Assembly (NCBI GenBank): GCA_001949185.1
Contig: BDGG01000002.1
Span: 3,407,826 to 3,471,825, forward strand
Reading direction: 5' to 3'
Origin: Ramazzottius varieornatus
Taxonomy: Eukaryota; Animalia; Tardigrada
DNA length: 64,000 nucleotides
Shown here in pieces: positions 61,501 through 64,000 of the stretch. Position 1 is the first letter of the stretch, and each line of letters starts with the position of its first letter. The translations under genes and the position numbers were made by a program. Below the pieces are notes generated by a model. That model had not been told where the DNA came from. It was given only the letters and a program-made list of their open reading frames with translations, and made no database searches.

Positions 61501-64000
61501 TCTTCGAATTTCAGTAGACTACTACTTCTTGCAAGGTTCAATACCTTGTGACACTTCATGCATTCTACCGTCGACTTGAACATGCCGGTGAATAAGTCAT
61601 GGATGGCTGAGTCCTCGCGACTGAGGTAGTAATTCCATGTCTCGTTAGCGATCTCTTCGTCATCCTTGCCGTCCGACTCGATATCCTCTTTGTAAGGCTT
61701 CTTCGTCACACGGTTCAGGTCCTAAAGCAAGAAAATAAAATTCAGTTCCGACAACTGGGGCGGCGTTACAATGAATTGACAGTTGACATTGTCGGTCTCC
61801 CCAAGTAGCGCACACTTCTGGCCCTCAACAACGAGAACGTGCGCCACTTGAGCTAAAGATCATGTCCAATTTTTTTGCCGATGTGCTAAGATTTTCCTTG
61901 AGGGTAAAGGTAAAGTACCTCGTGAAGGGCTTCAATGATGCAAGCCATAGCTTCCTGAGCGTCTTGCTGGCCCTTCGTGGCGAACTGCTCGTTGCTTTTA
62001 GCCATAACTTCCCGAAGAGGGTAAGGTGAGTAGTTGGAGTACTGGCCCGACCACAGCGCCTTCAGTGTTCCCTGCATCACTCTGGCAAAGTTTCCTTTGG
62101 AGCCTAGAGGATTCTGCTTATTGACCTCTTTCACAAATCGCCCCTCTGCAAAGATAAGACATTCGTTCACAACCATACACATAATTCAGCGAACAAAACA
62201 ACTCAAAAGAAAATCTTTCAGAATCCAATAACAGTACGAAAGTATTCAAATTCGCAAATGAATTCGGACGTCCGCAAACAATTTCACCAGTTTACTATAT
62301 TAAGTGGCGCACCTTTTCCTTGTTACAGGTCGGGAGCGTGCGCCACTTGGCAAAACGACGTTAGCGGAATCTCTTGCTAACGTCCCAGTTTAGAAAGGGA
62401 ATGCCACCACACTTTTTGCCAGTTTCAATGTTTAGCCAAAATTTGCACCACATGGTCAGAAAGTTTAAAGTGACTTCGCTGAATTGTGTCCGATGTAATC
62501 CGACTGGGTTATTAAGTTCAATCTCACGTACTGATGAAGTAGTCGCGCAATTCTCTAGTGTTCGCCAGACATTGGACAACCGCGTTGAGGTAGCATGAGT
62601 TGCCCAAGTTGTTCAAGCCCGTCAAACCGTAATGCTTCTTCACAACCACCTGTGGGCTGTACGGGGTGGTATCACTTAAATCACCAATGGACTCGTAGCG
62701 GTACATTCGATTGGAACCACTGTTCCAGCCATTCTGCCTGCCGTACACCGACCGAGACTGCTTCTCATGCCAGCCCTGACTCTCGCCGTTCTGCCTGAAC
62801 ATCGTGTTGATGTTCTCACCATCCTCCTCGTCATCACCCGACAGGTAGCCGGAAGTGCTGCTGACGGCGTGATCTTGTGTTCTGTATGTGGCGCGAGGTG
62901 GAACACGATACTGAACCGACGACTTTGGCTCCTCCAGGTGGGTGTTTCTTTTGACGGCTGCGGTAAGAATCAAAAATTACACATCAGCCGATGCTCCGGG
63001 AAAGCAACAGGGAACGGGATGTTAAGAAGATGATTTCACCCAGATTTCCATCTCAAGCGGCGCACGTTTTCATTGTTATTAGCTGAAAACGTGCGTCGTT
63101 ATTGAGAAAACGATTCGGCTGATTCGATTTGTCGACATCTCAAAAAATATCGGAATCGTTTCATGAATTAGAATATGCTTTCGTGTGTTGAGTAAGTCTA
63201 GCAATTTACTTTATGCTTCTCTCAGGATAAGAAACAAAAAGTAAAGTCCCTTACGTTCGGTGGGTGATTTGAGGAACAAATCGTGCCAGTAAGCCCGAGT
63301 TTTCTTGACCAATAAAATCTGCAGATATTGGTCGGCCATGCTCTTGCAAGCCTCTTCTCCCTCGCCGTGAGCTATAGACTCGATTGGCGCACTACAAACA
63401 GAACGGTTACTCATCAAAATGTCAAGCCGGCTAACATTCCAGCTACATTTAAAATCCATTGAATAATTGAATCGTTGTGGGCCGAACGAAGCCGGTTGAC
63501 TTACAATAACGGCTCGGACTCGTATCGAAATATGTCTTCCGATGTCCGCTGAACCCAACCACTAGGGCCTATGCTAGCGTTTTGCAGCAAGAACTTGTGA
63601 TCACTGCAAAAACGAGAAGTAAAATCAAAACAATCCAATGAGCTCAGCAGACGATAAAGTATAGCGTACCTTGTCTTGAATCTCAGGAGAAACCTCTGCT
63701 GGGTACACTGTAGATCGACCAAGGTTGCTTCTCGGAAGCGGAAGTTAACGTAGACATTCTGCAGCTTATCCTGAAAGAATGACCACAGTTGGAGGTTCGA
63801 ACGGTTCTTTTACAGCGTACTCTCGAGCTTACCCTCGGATCCTCGTTCCAGTCGTACACGAGGGAGCCGGCTCTCACAGGTATATCACCTGCAGTTTGAG
63901 GGAACACCCCATAGTCTGATACCGCTTCGATAACCGCTCCCAGTCCACCAGAGACGAACAAGTGCGGCCACTGTCCTTGACAGTGAGCAGCTTTGGTCAG
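58526..64000 (-). CDS. USP19: Ubiquitin-specific protease USP19-like (CS domain, USP catalytic domain with MYND finger); 5' end lies outside the window
   Basis: Cys box GLNNLGNSCYLNAVVQCLAN, QQDAQEA and DLFTGMFKSTVEC; MYND finger (CGGC...CTKCYTVSYCGK|ECQIKHWPQHRGDC); LPTVLVFQLKRF; His box YDLYGVVNHRG..GHYVAY..WRSFDD..AYLLFYRRR. An upstream CS-like segment reads YDWNE...ILLVKK...W. Confidence 0.85.
58955..59044. repeat. Family-A palindrome in a USP intron
   Basis: TGAATCAGATCGTC...GAATGGCGCAC-loop-TGCGCCACTTGG.ACGACCATCTGGTTCA. Confidence 0.75.
60936..61020. repeat. Family-A palindrome in a USP intron
   Basis: TGCACCAGATCG...CAAGTGGCGCAT-loop-GTGCGCCATTTG...CGAACTGGTTCA. Confidence 0.75.
61785..61870. 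repeat. Family-A palindrome in a USP intron
   Basis: CAAGTAGCGCAC-loop-GTGCGCCACTTG. Confidence 0.75.
62285..62365. repeat. Family-A palindrome in a USP intron
   Basis: AAGTGGCGCAC-loop-GTGCGCCACTT. Confidence 0.75.
63035..63122. repeat. Family-A palindrome in a USP intron
   Basis: TCACCCAGATT...CAAGCGGCGCACG-loop-CGTGCGTCG...GATTCGGCTGA. Confidence 0.65.

Noticed and set aside
5883-63122. Family-A hairpins as introner elements, tRNA/SINEs or SECIS elements
   Set aside because: Their ends do not coincide with splice sites. No A/B boxes, cloverleaf or poly-A tail were seen, and they are intronic or intergenic in both orientations rather than in 3' UTRs.

Overview
This is intron-rich animal genomic DNA, probably from a compact invertebrate genome (the taxon cannot be fixed from the sequence alone), with two 50-N assembly gaps. 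Seven host genes can be supported: alpha-catulin (+), a voltage-gated Ca2+ channel beta subunit (-), a secreted MAM-MAM-LDLa trypsin-like protease (+), a spliced and secreted PstS-like periplasmic-binding-fold protein (-), a melatonin-receptor-like GPCR (-), a 2OG-Fe(II) dioxygenase (-), and the 3' part of a USP19-like deubiquitinase (-). The left end carries decayed Merlin (IS1595/ISXO2-like) and PIF/Harbinger transposons. Non-coding DNA is unusually rich in inverted repeats. These include about 17 copies of a ~85-90 bp palindromic element (core CAAGTGGCGCAC-N~25-32-GTGCGCCACTTG), several MITE families with one clean nested insertion, and long fold-back elements. The best candidates for something new are (1) the three-exon PstS-like gene with a signal peptide, a His/Gly-rich linker and a remodelled ligand pocket, (2) the dense REP-like palindrome family, and (3) a long basic, convertase-site-bearing insert in the protease domain. 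Exon boundaries and alignments were read by eye and may be off by a few bases.
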